Part shown: in pieces, positions 1-12,529 of the stretch
Position numbering within the stretch: position 1 is the first letter of the stretch
Layout: the number at the start of each line of letters is the position of its first letter
Position numbers and translations under genes: made by a program
Notes under the pieces: model-generated
What the model saw: the letters and a program-made list of their open reading frames with translations, nothing else
Told to the model about the DNA's origin: nothing
The model's database searches: none
Source: the human T2T-CHM13v2.0 reference genome, Homo sapiens
Assembly (NCBI RefSeq): GCF_009914755.1
Contig: NC_060947.1
Length of the DNA stretch: 64,000 nucleotides
Strand: one strand, 5' to 3'

Positions 1-8
1 CTTTGCAT

Positions 9-233
9 GGTGTTTTGAGTTTAGTGGAAAGAACATGCACTGTGGTGTGCAAATTGCCATCCTGCTAATGAACAATATAACCTTGGAAAGTTATTCTTAC
101 TTCTCTGAAACTCATTTTGAACATCTGTTAACATGGGCTGTCTCATAGGGTTTCTTTGTGAGGAATAAGTGAAGTAATATATGCAAAGCACCTAATAGAG
201 TTTCTGGTGTATAACAGGAGCTCAATAAAAGTG
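9..233 (+). mobile_element. MIR SINE (degenerate)
   Basis: MIR core-like CCTTGGAAAGTTATTCTTACTTCTCTGAAACTCA...GTGAGGAATAAGTGAAGTAATATATGCAAAGCACCTA...GCTCAATAAA. Confidence 0.75.
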
Positions 234-409
234 CCAGGTTTTCTAACATGGCCTCTCTACAACCCCACTCCTTCTTCTAGTATAAAAGATTTACAAGGAG
301 ACATTTGCACGGATATCTGTAAGCCCCCTGGTAATTAATACCATACATTTGTGAAAAGATTGGCAACAATGCAGGAATGATGATTGTGGTCTCAAGAGCA
401 GAGCTTTAG

Positions 410-636
410 CCAAGATTTCTCGACCATGGTACTACTGACATCTGGGACTGAATAATTCTTTGCTGGGGGGCATATCCTGTTCATTGTAGGATATTTAGAG
501 ACATCTCTGATTTCTACCCACTAGATGCCATTAGTACCGCCCATCTGCCCTCTCCGCAGGTGTGACAACCAAAATTGTCTCCAACTTTGCCAAATGTCCC
601 TTGTAGGGCAAAACCGCCCATGATTAAAACTGCAGG
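410..636 (-). mobile_element. MER20 (hAT-Charlie non-autonomous DNA transposon)
   Basis: Reverse complement of MER20 motifs: CTACCCACTAGATGCCA, GTGACAACCAAAATTGTCTCCA, TTTGCCAAATGTCCCC; ~225 bp. Confidence 0.85.
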
Positions 637-1889
637 CATAAGCTAATGCAAGAGCAGAGACTTTATGAGTGTCATTTATTAGCAAACTGAACTGATGGGC
701 TTAGCCTTTGATTTCTTAACATTCAGACTATATCATATACTTGTATATGCATATGATTTAATGATTGTACAATCTTTTTGAAGTAGTATAGTTAATAAAA
801 TGAAGTGTTTTTTAAAAAATAGAAAACTGGTTCTATTGCAATTCTAAAATATTTGCTAATTCTAAGCTAATAACATACTTTGTTCTGTTATCTTTCAGTT
901 AGCTATACTTTTATTCTAGGTAGCTATTTTACAAATACCATTGAATAGGTGATTTGATGGAAATTTACACACACATATACACATCCATATCCCCATTTGA
1001 AAAAATGTTCAAGGTGTATGATATATAGAAGTTGCATTTTAATTCACCCAGACGAGATAGTTAAAAGAACACTCCAGGGGTGGGCTCACTATAGTGTAAA
1101 AGGAAGGTACTTTGTTTTCATTATAATAATTATGCATATTTAATATCAAGTTTCCTTAAGGGGTATATAAAATATAACAATTTGAGATGGGATGGGGCAA
1201 GATAACTTACTACCAACCAAATAAAATAAAATAAAAGGATGAGTCATAATCGCATTGCCTTCTCTTAATCATACTATAGGTTACACTGCAAATATCAGTA
1301 TCGCCTTTACTTTTTTATTAAAATACATAAAAAGAAATGATAGAATGGGGAAAAAAGAAAAATAGCAAGAGGAGTCTTTTCAGATTGTGAATGCTATATC
1401 CTGACAACTCAAACAATTGAGGAAAAATAGAATAGCTTTCAGGGAAATCCAATCCGGAAAGTCAGAGTATCTCACAGCAGCATATCACTCAATTGCCCTC
1501 TACATAAGGACTGGCACAGTCAATGTAATAAAATGAAACATACACTTTCCCTTCTGTAACATGCTTCAGCTGCCCTTATGCTTCAGATATGACAGTTCCC
1601 TAAGCTGCTTTTGGATATAGTTAGGACCCTATGTTAGCTGGTGGCCCCTAATGATAATTGAGCAATTATCTACTTTAACAGGCTCAAGTCCATTGAAGCA
1701 GAAAGGAATGAAGGTTTCTTCCATCTGCCTGGCTCAGAGAATTCTGTGAATCCAGAATCATTGTTAAGTTTTTTGTGAATGTCTCGTCAACAGCCTTTAC
1801 TTAACATTCATCTTCGTCCATCTCTTTGCACTGTGGAACACTGTACTACAAGTACATCTTTCTTAAAACTTGCCTTTGTGTGACAAGTT

Positions 1890-2375
1890 TTATACCTCCT
1901 CTTTCCTCTCATTTAACCACATTTTCTCCTCTCCACCACTAGTTTCCTTTTCTTCTCCCATACAGAAATGTGACTACTCCCTAAGGGTCTATCCTTTAGC
2001 CTTTCCACTTTTTACATATCATGGTTTTATTTTTAAAGTGCATTTACCCCATGTCTTGAACTTTCTACCACTTTTACTTGGATGACTGCCAGATCTAACA
2101 ACTCTCCTGATCTCCTGTCTCGTATTTCATGTTACCTACTGTTTAATTCTAACAATATGCATTTTGATAGTGAATCATGCCCAACACAGCTTCTCTTCCA
2201 AATTTAAGTTTCTCCTTTGTCTTTCCTATTTTCTTATTCCATCAAAAGATGAATATTTTAAAAACACAGCTCTAATCATATTACTTACTCTTTGCTCAGT
2301 ATCTTCCCATAAGTCCTCCTATGTGTCAGGCAAAAGACAGAATGCCTTGGTATGGCATTCACAGCTATTCCAATC
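1890..2375 (+). mobile_element. L2 LINE fragment (5' part, interrupted by MIR and L1)
   Basis: Pyrimidine-rich L2-like CCTAAGGGTCTATCC...GATGACTGCCAGATCT...CTCTCCTGATCTCC; heavily diverged. Confidence 0.6.
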
Positions 2376-2384
2376 TGGAAGTGA

Positions 2385-2510
2385 GGTATAGTGGAGGGAC
2401 AATATAATAAAATATAAAACTATTGATTTTAGAATCAAATAAACCTGGGTTCAAGGGCATAATCAGCCACATAACAGCAAGGTAGCATTGGACATGTCAA
2501 TTAACATTCA
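2385..2510 (+). mobile_element. MIR/MIR3 5' part (continues ~3300-3390 after the L1 insertion)
   Basis: TTTTAGAATCAAATAAACCTGGGTTCAAG; resumes after the L1 poly(A) as GAGCTTCAGTTTATTTATATAAAAT...GGTGATTTCTAAAAACCCTTCC. Confidence 0.6.
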
Positions 2511-3298
2511 GCAGCCAAAAAACACATGAAACAATGCTCATCATCACTAGCCATCAGAGAAATGCAAATCAAAACCACAATGAGATACCATCTCACACCA
2601 GTTAGAATGGCAATCATTAAGAAGTCAGGAAACAACAGGTGCTGGAGAGGATGTGGAGAAATAGGAACACTTTTACACTGTTGGTGGGACTGTAAACTAG
2701 TTCAACCACTGTGGAAGTCAGTGTGGCGATTCCTCAGGGATCTAGAACTGGAAATACCATTTGACCCAGCCATCCCATTACTGGGTATATACCCAAAGGA
2801 CTATAAATCATGCTGCTATAAAGACACATGCACACATATGTTTATTGCGGCATTATTCACTATAGCAAAGACTTGGAACCAACCCAAATGTCCAACAATG
2901 ATAGACTGGATTAGGAAAATGTGGCACATATACACCATGGAATACTATGCAGCCATAAAAAATGATGAGTTCATGTCCTTTGTAGGGACATGGGTGAAAT
3001 TGGAAATCATCATTCTCAGTAAACTATCACAAGAACAAAAAACCAAACGCCGCATATTCTCACTCATAGGTGGGAATTGAACAATGAGATCACATGGACA
3101 CAGGAAGGGGAATATCACACTCTGGGGACTGTTGTGGGGTGGGGAGAGGGGGGAGGGATAGCATTGGGAGATATACCTAATGCTAGATGACGAGTTAGTG
3201 GGTGCAGCGCACCAGCATGGCACATGTATACATATGTAACTAACCTGCACAATGTGCACATGTACCCTAAAACTTAAAGTATAATAATAAAAAAAAAA
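2511..3298 (+). mobile_element. 5'-truncated young L1 (L1PA2-like), ORF2 C-terminus plus 3'UTR and poly(A)
   Basis: ORF 2526-3080 is the L1 ORF2p C-terminus ([19 protein letters not shown]...SLIGGN); 3'UTR has GATGACGAGTTAGTGGG (GAG, not Ta ACA) and CTTAAAGTAT; imperfect TSD AACATTCAG/AACCATTCAG. Confidence 0.95.
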
Positions 3299-3394
3299 CC
3301 ATTCAGGAGCTTCAGTTTATTTATATAAAATAAGTGGTTTGGAATTAGGTGATTTCTAAAAACCCTTCCAAATTTTAAATCTGTATCACTGTGG

Positions 3395-3757
3395 TTCTAT
3401 TTTCCAAGATTATCTTTCAAGAACCTCATAGTACATACCCTATGCTTCAACCATTCAATTCAACTATCACTATTCCTTAAATCTATGCATTCCCACCACC
3501 ATAACTTTGTCATGACTTTATCATGAATCTCTTTTGCTGCTATTGAATACTTTATCCACCCTCAAGGCCGGCTAAAATCCTACCTCCTCCAATAAAAATG
3601 CTTTGGTCTCCCCAGCCAGAAGTGATCTTTGCTCTTGACAAGTACAATAGTATTTTACTTATATTTCTTTAGGTCATTTATCATATACTTCTTTATATTT
3701 TTGTTTTATTTTATTTACTAGATAATAACTGCCTGAAGGATGAAGCATCATGTCTTA
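3395..3757 (+). mobile_element. L2 3' fragment
   Basis: TTATCCACCCTCAAGGCCGGCTAAAATCCTACCTCCTCC...CTAGATAATAACTGCCTGAAGG...CATGTCTT, L2 3' end-like. Confidence 0.6.
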
Positions 3758-3759
3758 AA

Positions 3760-3990
3760 ATCATGGAATTTGGGATATAGAAGAGAACTCATGTTGTATT
3801 ATTTCCCGTCTAATGTAGGAAGTTGTTCTGCAATATCACTCACAGATGGTGATCCAGATAATACTTAAATAACTTTTATGAGACAGCTTTCTGCCTTATG
3901 AGGTAGACTACCCAACGGATAAAAAATTTTGATGGCTGAAAATTTCCTCTAGCTACTAAAACAAAGTAGGGTTGGTCACGACTCCTACTT
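3760..3990 (-). mobile_element. CR1/L3-like ancient LINE fragment
   Basis: CACAGATGGTGATCCAG...CTTAAATAAC...GCCTTATGAGGTAGAC...GAAAATTTCCTCT resembles the antisense CR1/L3 3' region; highly diverged. Confidence 0.4.
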
Positions 3991-4270
3991 AGTCTTTTCT
4001 AGTTGGCAGCCTGTGTCGCCTAAGTTTTTTCTTGTTTTAGTTGTTGTTTCTCACATGGGGAACACTGATACTTCATCAAATGCAAAAATCACAGATCTGT
4101 GGCATAGCTCCAATGGTGCTGAAGTTCAGCTTCACCTTTTCCTTCGTATTACATATATTCATGACACCATCTTAATACCAATTTCAACTCCCTAGTTTCT
4201 TTGAATGACTTTCATCATGCATTTCTTTATGATTGTTATTTCATTTAATATAAGACTCTCCTAAGTTAAC

Positions 4271-7200
4271 TGGGGTGGAGCAAGATGGTGGAATGGAAGA
4301 CTACACCTTTCATTCCCTCCTGCTGGAATATCAAATTTTAACAACAATCTGCACACAGAAACACATCACAAGAACCAAAAATCAGGTACTAGCTTGGCCA
4401 CAGTGAGATAAAACAACATGCATGCTCTTGGGGTCACCGAGTCCAGGCCTAAGCTCTTGGAAAGCATTTCTAGGCCTGTACTGGACCAGAGGGGAGCCCA
4501 CTGTCCTGAAGGATGAGTCCCAGGCCTGGCAGCATTCATGAGTTGACAGAAATGCCCTTGGGCTTTAAGCAAACATCAGCAGTGGCCTGGCAGAATCCCC
4601 TGTGGATCAGTGGTGGGGGTAGCCACAGAGAGAGGCAGTTCTGTCTGTGGAAAGGGGAGGGAAGAGCAGGAAGGACTTCGTATAGTGGTTTCAGTGTCAG
4701 CTTAGCGTTAGTAGAAAATATATCAGGTAAATTGCTAAGTTTTTTTTTCTACAATTCCTGGCTTTCAGACAGTATCTCTGTATACATCCAGGGCCTGAAG
4801 GAAACTGCTACCCTGAATGGAAGGGCTTTCAACAAGGCCCAGTGCTATGCTTGCTTCTGGTCTGACCCAGCACAGTCTCCTTGGTGGTGGCCACAGGGGT
4901 GCTTGCATCACAGCACCCTCACTTTCAGGTGGCTCAGCGCATAGAGAGAGACTGTGTATGTTTGCAAGAAAGTAAGGGAAAAGAACAAGGATCTTTGCCT
5001 GGTAATCCAGAGAATTCTCCTGGATCTTATCCAAGACCACCAAGGTGGTAACTCTACTAGTATGCAAAAACCACAGCATTATAGGACTTCAGGCCCAAGT
5101 CCCTTCAAATACCTGGAAAGCCTTCCCAAAAAAGACAGGCACAAACAAGCTCAGACTGTAAAGACTACAATAAATTATAACTCTTCAATGCCCAGACACT
5201 GAGGAACACCAGCAAGCATCAATACCATCCAGGAAAACATGACCTTACCAAATGAAATAAATAAGACACCAGGGACCAATCTTGGAGAAACAGAGATCTA
5301 TGACCTTTCAGACAAAGAATTTAAAACAGATGTTTTGAGGAAATGCAAAGAAACTCAACATAACAGAGATGGAATAGAGAATTCTATCCGGTCAATTTAA
5401 CAAAGAAATTGAAATAATTAAAAAGAATCAAGCAGAAATTCTGGAGCTGAAAAATGCAATTGGCATGCTGAATATGCATGAGTCTCTTAATATGAGAATT
5501 GATCAAGAAGAATAAAAAATTAGTGAGCTTGAAGATAGGCTACTTAAAAATACACAGTCAGAGGAGGCAAAAGAAAAAAATAAAAAAAAAATGGAACATG
5601 CCTACACAATCTAGAAAATAGCCTCAAAGGGGTAAATCTAAGAGTTATCGACCTTAAAGCAACATAGAGAAAGAGACAGGGGTAGAAATCTATTCAAAGG
5701 CATAACAACAAAGAACTCCCCAAACCTAAAGAAAAATATCGATATCCAAGTACAAGAATGTTATAGAACACCAAGCAGATTTAATCCAAAGAAGACTACC
5801 TCAAGCCATTGAATAATCATCCTCCCAAACAACAAAGATAAAGGATCCTAAAAGCAGCAAGAGAAAAGAAAAAAAAAAATAACAAGAAATGGAGCGCCAA
5901 TATGACTGACCCAGAGTTTTCAGTGGAAGCTTTACAGGCCAGGAGAGAGTGGCATGACATATTTAAAGTACTAATATGAAAAAGAAATTTTTATGCTAGA
6001 ATAGTATATCTGGACAAAATACTCTTCAAACATGAAGGATAAATAAAGACCTTCCCAGCCAAACAAAAGTTGAAGGATTTCATAAACACTAGACCTGTCC
6101 TGCAAAAAATGCTAAACAAAGTTTTTCAATCAGAAAGAAAAGGATGTTAACGAGCAAGAAGAAATCATCCGAAGGTAGAAAACTGACTGGTAATAGTAAG
6201 CACACTGAAAAAAAAAACAGAATATTATAACACTCTAGCTGTGTTGTGTAAACTTTCCTTGAGTAAAAAGATTAAATGATGAACCAATCAAAAATAACAA
6301 TTACAACAACTTTTGAAGACACAGACTGTTCAAAAAGACATAAAGAAAAACAATAAAAACTCAAAAGTCATGGGATGAAGTTAAAGTGTAGAGTTTTATT
6401 GGTTTTCTTTTTTGCTTGTTTGTTTATATGATCAGTGCTAAGTTCTTACCAGTTTACAGTGATGGGTTATAAGATATTATTTGCAAGGCTCATGGTAACC
6501 TCAAATCAAAAAACGTATAATGAATACACAAAAAATAAGAAGCAAGAAACTACATCATATCACCAGAGAAGATCACCTTCACTAAAGAAAAACAGGAAGG
6601 ACAGAAACAAGGAAGGCGACAAAACAACCAGAAAAACAAATAGCAAAATGGCAAGAGTAAGTCCTTACTAATTAATAATAAAGTTGAATATGAATGGAAA
6701 GAAGACATACAAATGGCAAATAGGCATATAAAAAGGTGCCCAATATCATTGATCATCAGAGAAATGCAAATCAAAACTACAGTGAGACATCTCACCCCAA
6801 TTAAAATGGCTTATATCCAAAATACAGGCAATAAAATATGCTGGTGAGAATGTGGAGAAAAAGAATCTTGTACACTGTTGGTGAACATGTAAGTTAGTAC
6901 AACCACAATGGAGAACAGTTTGGAGAAGGGAAATCAGTATATTGAAGAGATATCTGCACTTCTATGTTTGTTGCAGCACTGTTTACAATGGCTGATTTTG
7001 GAAGCAACCTAAGTGTCCATCAACAGATGAATGGATAAATAAGATGTGGTACATACAAATGATGCAGTACTATTTAGCCATAAAAAATGAGATTCAGTCA
7101 TTTGCAACAACATGGATAGAACTGGAGATCACGTGTTAAGTGAAAATAAGCCTGGCACAGAAAGACAAACATAACATGTTCTCATTTATTTGTAGGATCT

Positions 7201-7570
7201 AAAAGTCAAAACAATTGAAATCATGGGCATAGAGAGTAGAAGAATAATTACCAGAGGCTGGGAAGGGTAGTGGGGGGATTGGGAGAAAGAGGGGGTAGTT
7301 AATAAGTACAAAAAAAAAGAATGAATAAGACCTAGTATTTGATAGCACAATAGGGTGACTTTAGTCAATAATAACTTAACTGTACATTTAAAAATATCTT
7401 ACACTCAAAGGATAAATGCTTAGGAGATGGATATCCTATTCTCCATGATATGTTTAGTTCACATTGCATGCCTGTATCAAAACATCTACTCCGAAACAAA
7501 ACATGTACTCCACAGATATATATACCTACTATATACCAACAAAAATTTTTAAAAATTAAAAAATAAAATA
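4271..7570 (+). mobile_element. L1MA-type LINE-1 with 5'UTR, decayed ORF1, large ORF2 deletion and 3'UTR
   Basis: Starts GGGGTGGAGCAAGATGG; ORF1-like 5200-6150; jumps at ~6698 to ORF2 3' end (AAGAAGACATACAAATGGC); L1MA1-4-type 3'UTR AAGACCTAGTATTTGATAGCACAATAGGGTGAC; A-rich tail. Confidence 0.9.
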
Positions 7571-8223
7571 CGCTGTTTGGTTCAATAGCTACATCTGGAG
7601 AATTGTTAAATTCCTCAAGTTAATTTGTAATTGATAATGAAAAAATAAAGACTATTAAATGTCATAATTAATATATTTGATCTGTATAAAAATATTTTAT
7701 TTTAATTATTTTCAAAGATTCTTGGTAATTAACAAATTGATGAAAATATAAGTTAAGTTACCTTTGTATGGTTAAAAGGAAGCAATATAGTTCAAGAGAA
7801 GATAAAGCCTACATTAGGCACATTAGGCAAACATCATATACTAATTGTATTAATGCAAGAAAGGATGTTATTATTAAGTCACCTAATAAAAGAACTAAGT
7901 CAGTTTGCTTATATGTATTTCGGTAGGAGGGTTAAACAACATGACTCAGTTTTTGCCTACGACTTAAAACTTTTGGTTAACAACATACAAACCTGTATAG
8001 TATATTTTTCTTTCCTATTATGTTGACATATTTTTTTAACTTTACACATGGAAAAATTTGAATAACACCTAGAAAGAGTTGAATAAGAAAAGCATGGTTT
8101 CACACTTGCAGTGCAGTCTCACTGGATGTGCTCTTGCTTATTTTCATTTATTTTAGTGTATGTGAAGTAACTTGTACAATTAGAATAAAGCAATGAGATC
8201 TCTACCTGCCAGGAGGTAGAAGT

Positions 8224-8537
8224 CAGACAGAGTCTCTCTCTGTCACCCAGACTGGAGTGCAGTAGGGCAATCACGGCTTATTGCAGGCCAGGCTTGACCT
8301 CCCCAGGCTCAGGTGATCCTCCCACCTCAGCCACCCCAGTAGCTGTAGTGTGTTGCATCCTTTCTTGCAACACACTACAGGTGTGTGCCACCACACTCAG
8401 CTAATTTTTGTATTTTTTTGTAGAGACAGGGTTTCACCATGCTTCCCAGGCTGGTCTTCAACTGCTGGACTCAAGCAATCTGCTCACCTTGGCCTCCCAA
8501 GGTGCAGGGATTACAAGCATGAACCACCAGGCCCAGC
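8224..8537 (-). mobile_element. AluJ-type element lacking its A-tail, with an internal hairpin insertion
   Basis: GCTCAGGTGATCCTCCCACCTCAGCC and GGACTCAAGCAATCTGC (J-type); dimeric structure. Confidence 0.9.
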
Positions 8538-9960
8538 TGAAGGGTACTTTTTATTGTATTACAGAAGCAAACTAATGTCAGCAAAGGCTCCCTTTCAAAG
8601 TCTAGAACATAACAAATTTCCTTCCAGATGCCTGGAGTGATGGTAGATGGGGGTAAGGGTGGCAAGGCCAGAGGCTCTGGGTACTGAGAATAAGAAGAAA
8701 ATCACTAGTGTAACACCAGCATGCTATTTATCAGATTATAGGAAAATAAGAAGCAAAAAACTAACAGTGTGCAAGATTTTCTACCCTACAAATAAGAAAG
8801 ATGACTAGTCCAAGCATCTCAAGAGAAAAGTGTTTGACGGCAAAGCAAGATGAAGCTGTGATGAAGGGTTTCAAGCATCTATTGGTGCGGAAAGAAGGAA
8901 TGACAGTGAAAGGAAAGATGTGTTTTTCCTTTGATGCCAGGATTGACATAGCTTCAGATATTCTGTTTTTACAAGGGATAGTGAGGAAACGTTAGAAGTG
9001 ACTGGGTCCTTTTTCCCAGAGCTTGCATTATGCAATAAGGACAGTAAGTTCATGTTATAGTCAATATGCTGAGGTTTCTGTGTATCCAAAACTAAAAGTG
9101 AAAAGAAAATTGATGGCATTCACTGAATAAAAGGCTACCTTTCATATAGGAAAGGATATCGCTGATCTATATGTATTAAGGTTTGAATTTGACAAGCGAT
9201 TTTCCAAATTTTTTAAAGTAGAAGGAACAGATTATCTCTGATCTAGCCACATTTTATCACCAGTAATCTTTCAACCACTAACGTGCATCGGCAAACAAAT
9301 GGATAGAATCAGAAAGAGAGTCTATATCATTTGAACAGAGTAAGTTAACTGATTTCTGCTGAGATAGAATCCCTAAATTTGAAGTTTCCAGGTTTGGTTT
9401 CTAGAATAATGGTTTCCAAATGGCAATCCATGGATCATAGTTCTGACTAAGGTCCCTACTTTTTACTGTTCTGTGGTAAAATCACAAAAAGTGCAATTTT
9501 ATATGGTCAGTTTATTCACTGCCTCTATTTCAGAAGATTGTTCTTAATCTTTTCTACTTTTTTGAAGTTAACATACCCTTTCTTATATGAAATGATGATA
9601 ATAATATATGACAATATGTGTTACATACAGTATATGTTCTTGGTAAAATGAAAAGCTGGCAATCTTAGTCTTCAAATTTGGGGGAGGGGTATTCTATTTT
9701 ACCTCCAAAGTTTTAAACCCAATAGATGTTCCAATTTTGTGATGTATCAATTTCTAAGCGATGTAGAATCAATTGTGTATTTTTTCTAATACCTTTGAAT
9801 AACTCTGCCTATCATTCTCTCCAGTCGATAAGTCCCAGAATAGCATATCATATAATTGACTGTCATACATTTTCATACAGGCAGGTATTTGTTATTTATC
9901 AATGAATCAAATACTTTTCATATGCTAATGGAATGTATATAAGATATCAATAGACTATGA

Positions 9961-10307
<347 letters not shown>

Positions 10308-10329
10308 GACAATCTTTTAAAAAGGAAAA

Positions 10330-12525
10330 CCAGAAAACAATATCATGACTGAGAACCAACAGTAACAGACAACAAACTATTAACCCATCAAGACATCGGG
10401 AATTGGAACTATAAGACACATGATAGTGGTTAATGTTTAAAAAAAATAAAGGTGATACTTAAAAATATTAAAAGTGGCAAGTGAACACAATGTCAGAATA
10501 TGGCAATTTAATAATTTAAAAAATCTCATTTGTGGGCAACATCATTAAATAAAATTAACAACATAGAAAACTGGAAGACATCTTAAGAAATTGGTATGCC
10601 ACATGACATGGAGAAACAGAGAGATGAAAAATAGTAAAAGGGATTTAAAAGATGTGAAATATGGAGTGAAAAGTTTTACCACCCATATAATTGGAGTTCC
10701 AAAAAGAGAGGAGGGAGACAAAGAGGAAAGTATAATGTTTGAAGATTTAACTGCTGAGAATATTATAGAATTTAAAACAATAATGTGATAGATTGTTGAA
10801 CTGGTAGTTCAACATGCACAACAAATCTCAAAGAGTTTACATAAAAAGGAATCCATCCTTGTATACATCATAGCAAAAGTAAAGAATACCACAAAGACAA
10901 AAATCTTAGATGCAGCCAGAAAAGACAAGACAAATCACATATTAAAATGTATAAGTACACTGATGGCTGACTTTCCAAAAGCAACATTGTAACCCAGAAT
11001 ACAGTGAACGTGTATTTTCTCTGTGCTGAGGGAAAAAAAAGAGACATCAACCTAGAAATCTATTCCCAGGAGAAATATATTTTAAGAAGGGATGTAGGCC
11101 CAGTGTGGTGGCTCATGCTTCCTAGCACTTTGGGAAGCCAAGGTGGGAGGATCCCTTGAGCCCAGGAGTCCAATACCAGCCTGGGCAACATAGTGAAACT
11201 TCATCTCTACAACAAAAAATGAACAAAATTAGCCAGGTGTGGTGCCTCAGGCCTGTAGTTTCAGCTACTCAGGAGGCTGAGGTGGGAGGATCGCTTGACC
11301 CTAGGAGGTTGAGACTGCAGTGAGCCATGATTTTGCCAGTACACTCCAGCCTGGTTGACAGAGTGAGACCTTGTTCCTGACTGCAAAAAAAGAAAAGGAT
11401 AGAATAAAGAGAATTTAAGGCTACCCAAAACTTACTGAGATTTATACCAACAGACCACCACTAAAAAAATGCCACAGGAAATATTTCAAGCAGGAGGAAA
11501 ATTATCCCAGATAGGAGGCTCAAGATAAATGAATGAAAGAATAGTCAAGAAAGTTGTAAATATGGACTCTGTAAAAATAATATTTCATGAAGTTATTACA
11601 TAGAATTAAAATACACTACTGTCAGTAATGTGCTCTAATATTCTCATATTAATTAGAGAAATTTAAAGAGATTCATTAATTTAAGCACTGATAAATTAAG
11701 TAAGCACATTAAAGATCCTGTGGTTATAATTTAAGAAATAGGTGCAGAGTATATAAATTCTAAAATAATAGAGGAAAAATAAGTGGGAAAAAAACCAAAT
11801 GAAGTCAAAGAAGAAGATAAAAATAAAATAAATATATAAAAGATAGTACAAATAGAAGGCATAAAATAAGATGATGGAGATGAGCTTAAATATAGCAATA
11901 CTTAACTGTAAATGAACTAAATGGTCCTATTAAAAGATAAAGATCATCATACATTTTTTTCCATCTAGCCACACTTTGTTCATATGAGATACAACTAAAA
12001 CAAAGGGAAAAAAGACTGTAAATAAAAGTATAAGAAAAAATTATAAAAAATACTATTTCAAATAAAACTAGTTTAGCTATACTGATACCAAATACATTGA
12101 ACTTTATGGTAAAGTGATAAAAGGGACAACTACATAATGATGAAAGGTAAATTTACCAGGAACATAAAACAATTCTAAATATGTATGTACCAATAATAGC
12201 CAAAAATTATGTAAAGCAACCAATTATGGATATAAAACAGAAATTTTAAAATCCACAATTGTAATTGGAGCTTTTTAGCTGATGTCTTTCCCATTATTTA
12301 GTAAATTGAAAAGCCAAATAATTCTGCAAGAGTATAAAATATTTCAGCAATGTAACTAGCAAATCTCATCTAGTGGATAAGTATAAATACTACAGAGTAC
12401 CAATTATTTCAAACACTCATAGAAAAGTGTTTACATTCTGAGTAAAATTTGAAGTCTCAATAAACATAATATCCATTGCCATCATACAGAGCAAATATCC
12501 TAATTAATAATATAGTTAAATTATG
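10330..12525 (+). mobile_element. Old L1M (L1MD/ME-like) ORF1 and ORF2-endonuclease remnant, interrupted by an Alu
   Basis: A-rich; ORF1-like peptide 10591-10788 (IIGVPKREE...MFEDLTAEN); EN-like ACAATTCTAAATATGTATGTACC at ~12170. Confidence 0.65.
11097..11396 (+). mobile_element. AluJ
   Basis: GGAGGATCCCTTGAGCCCAGGAG and GGAGGATCGCTTGACCCTAGGAGGTTGAGACTGCAG (J diagnostics); A-tail. Confidence 0.93.
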
Positions 12526-12529
12526 ATAA

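Noticed and set aside
2526-3080. 184-aa ORF (and similar 172-aa ORF 39060-39578, 124-aa ORF 38073-38447) as host genes
   Set aside because: These are L1 ORF2p fragments in truncated elements without promoter or complete RT.
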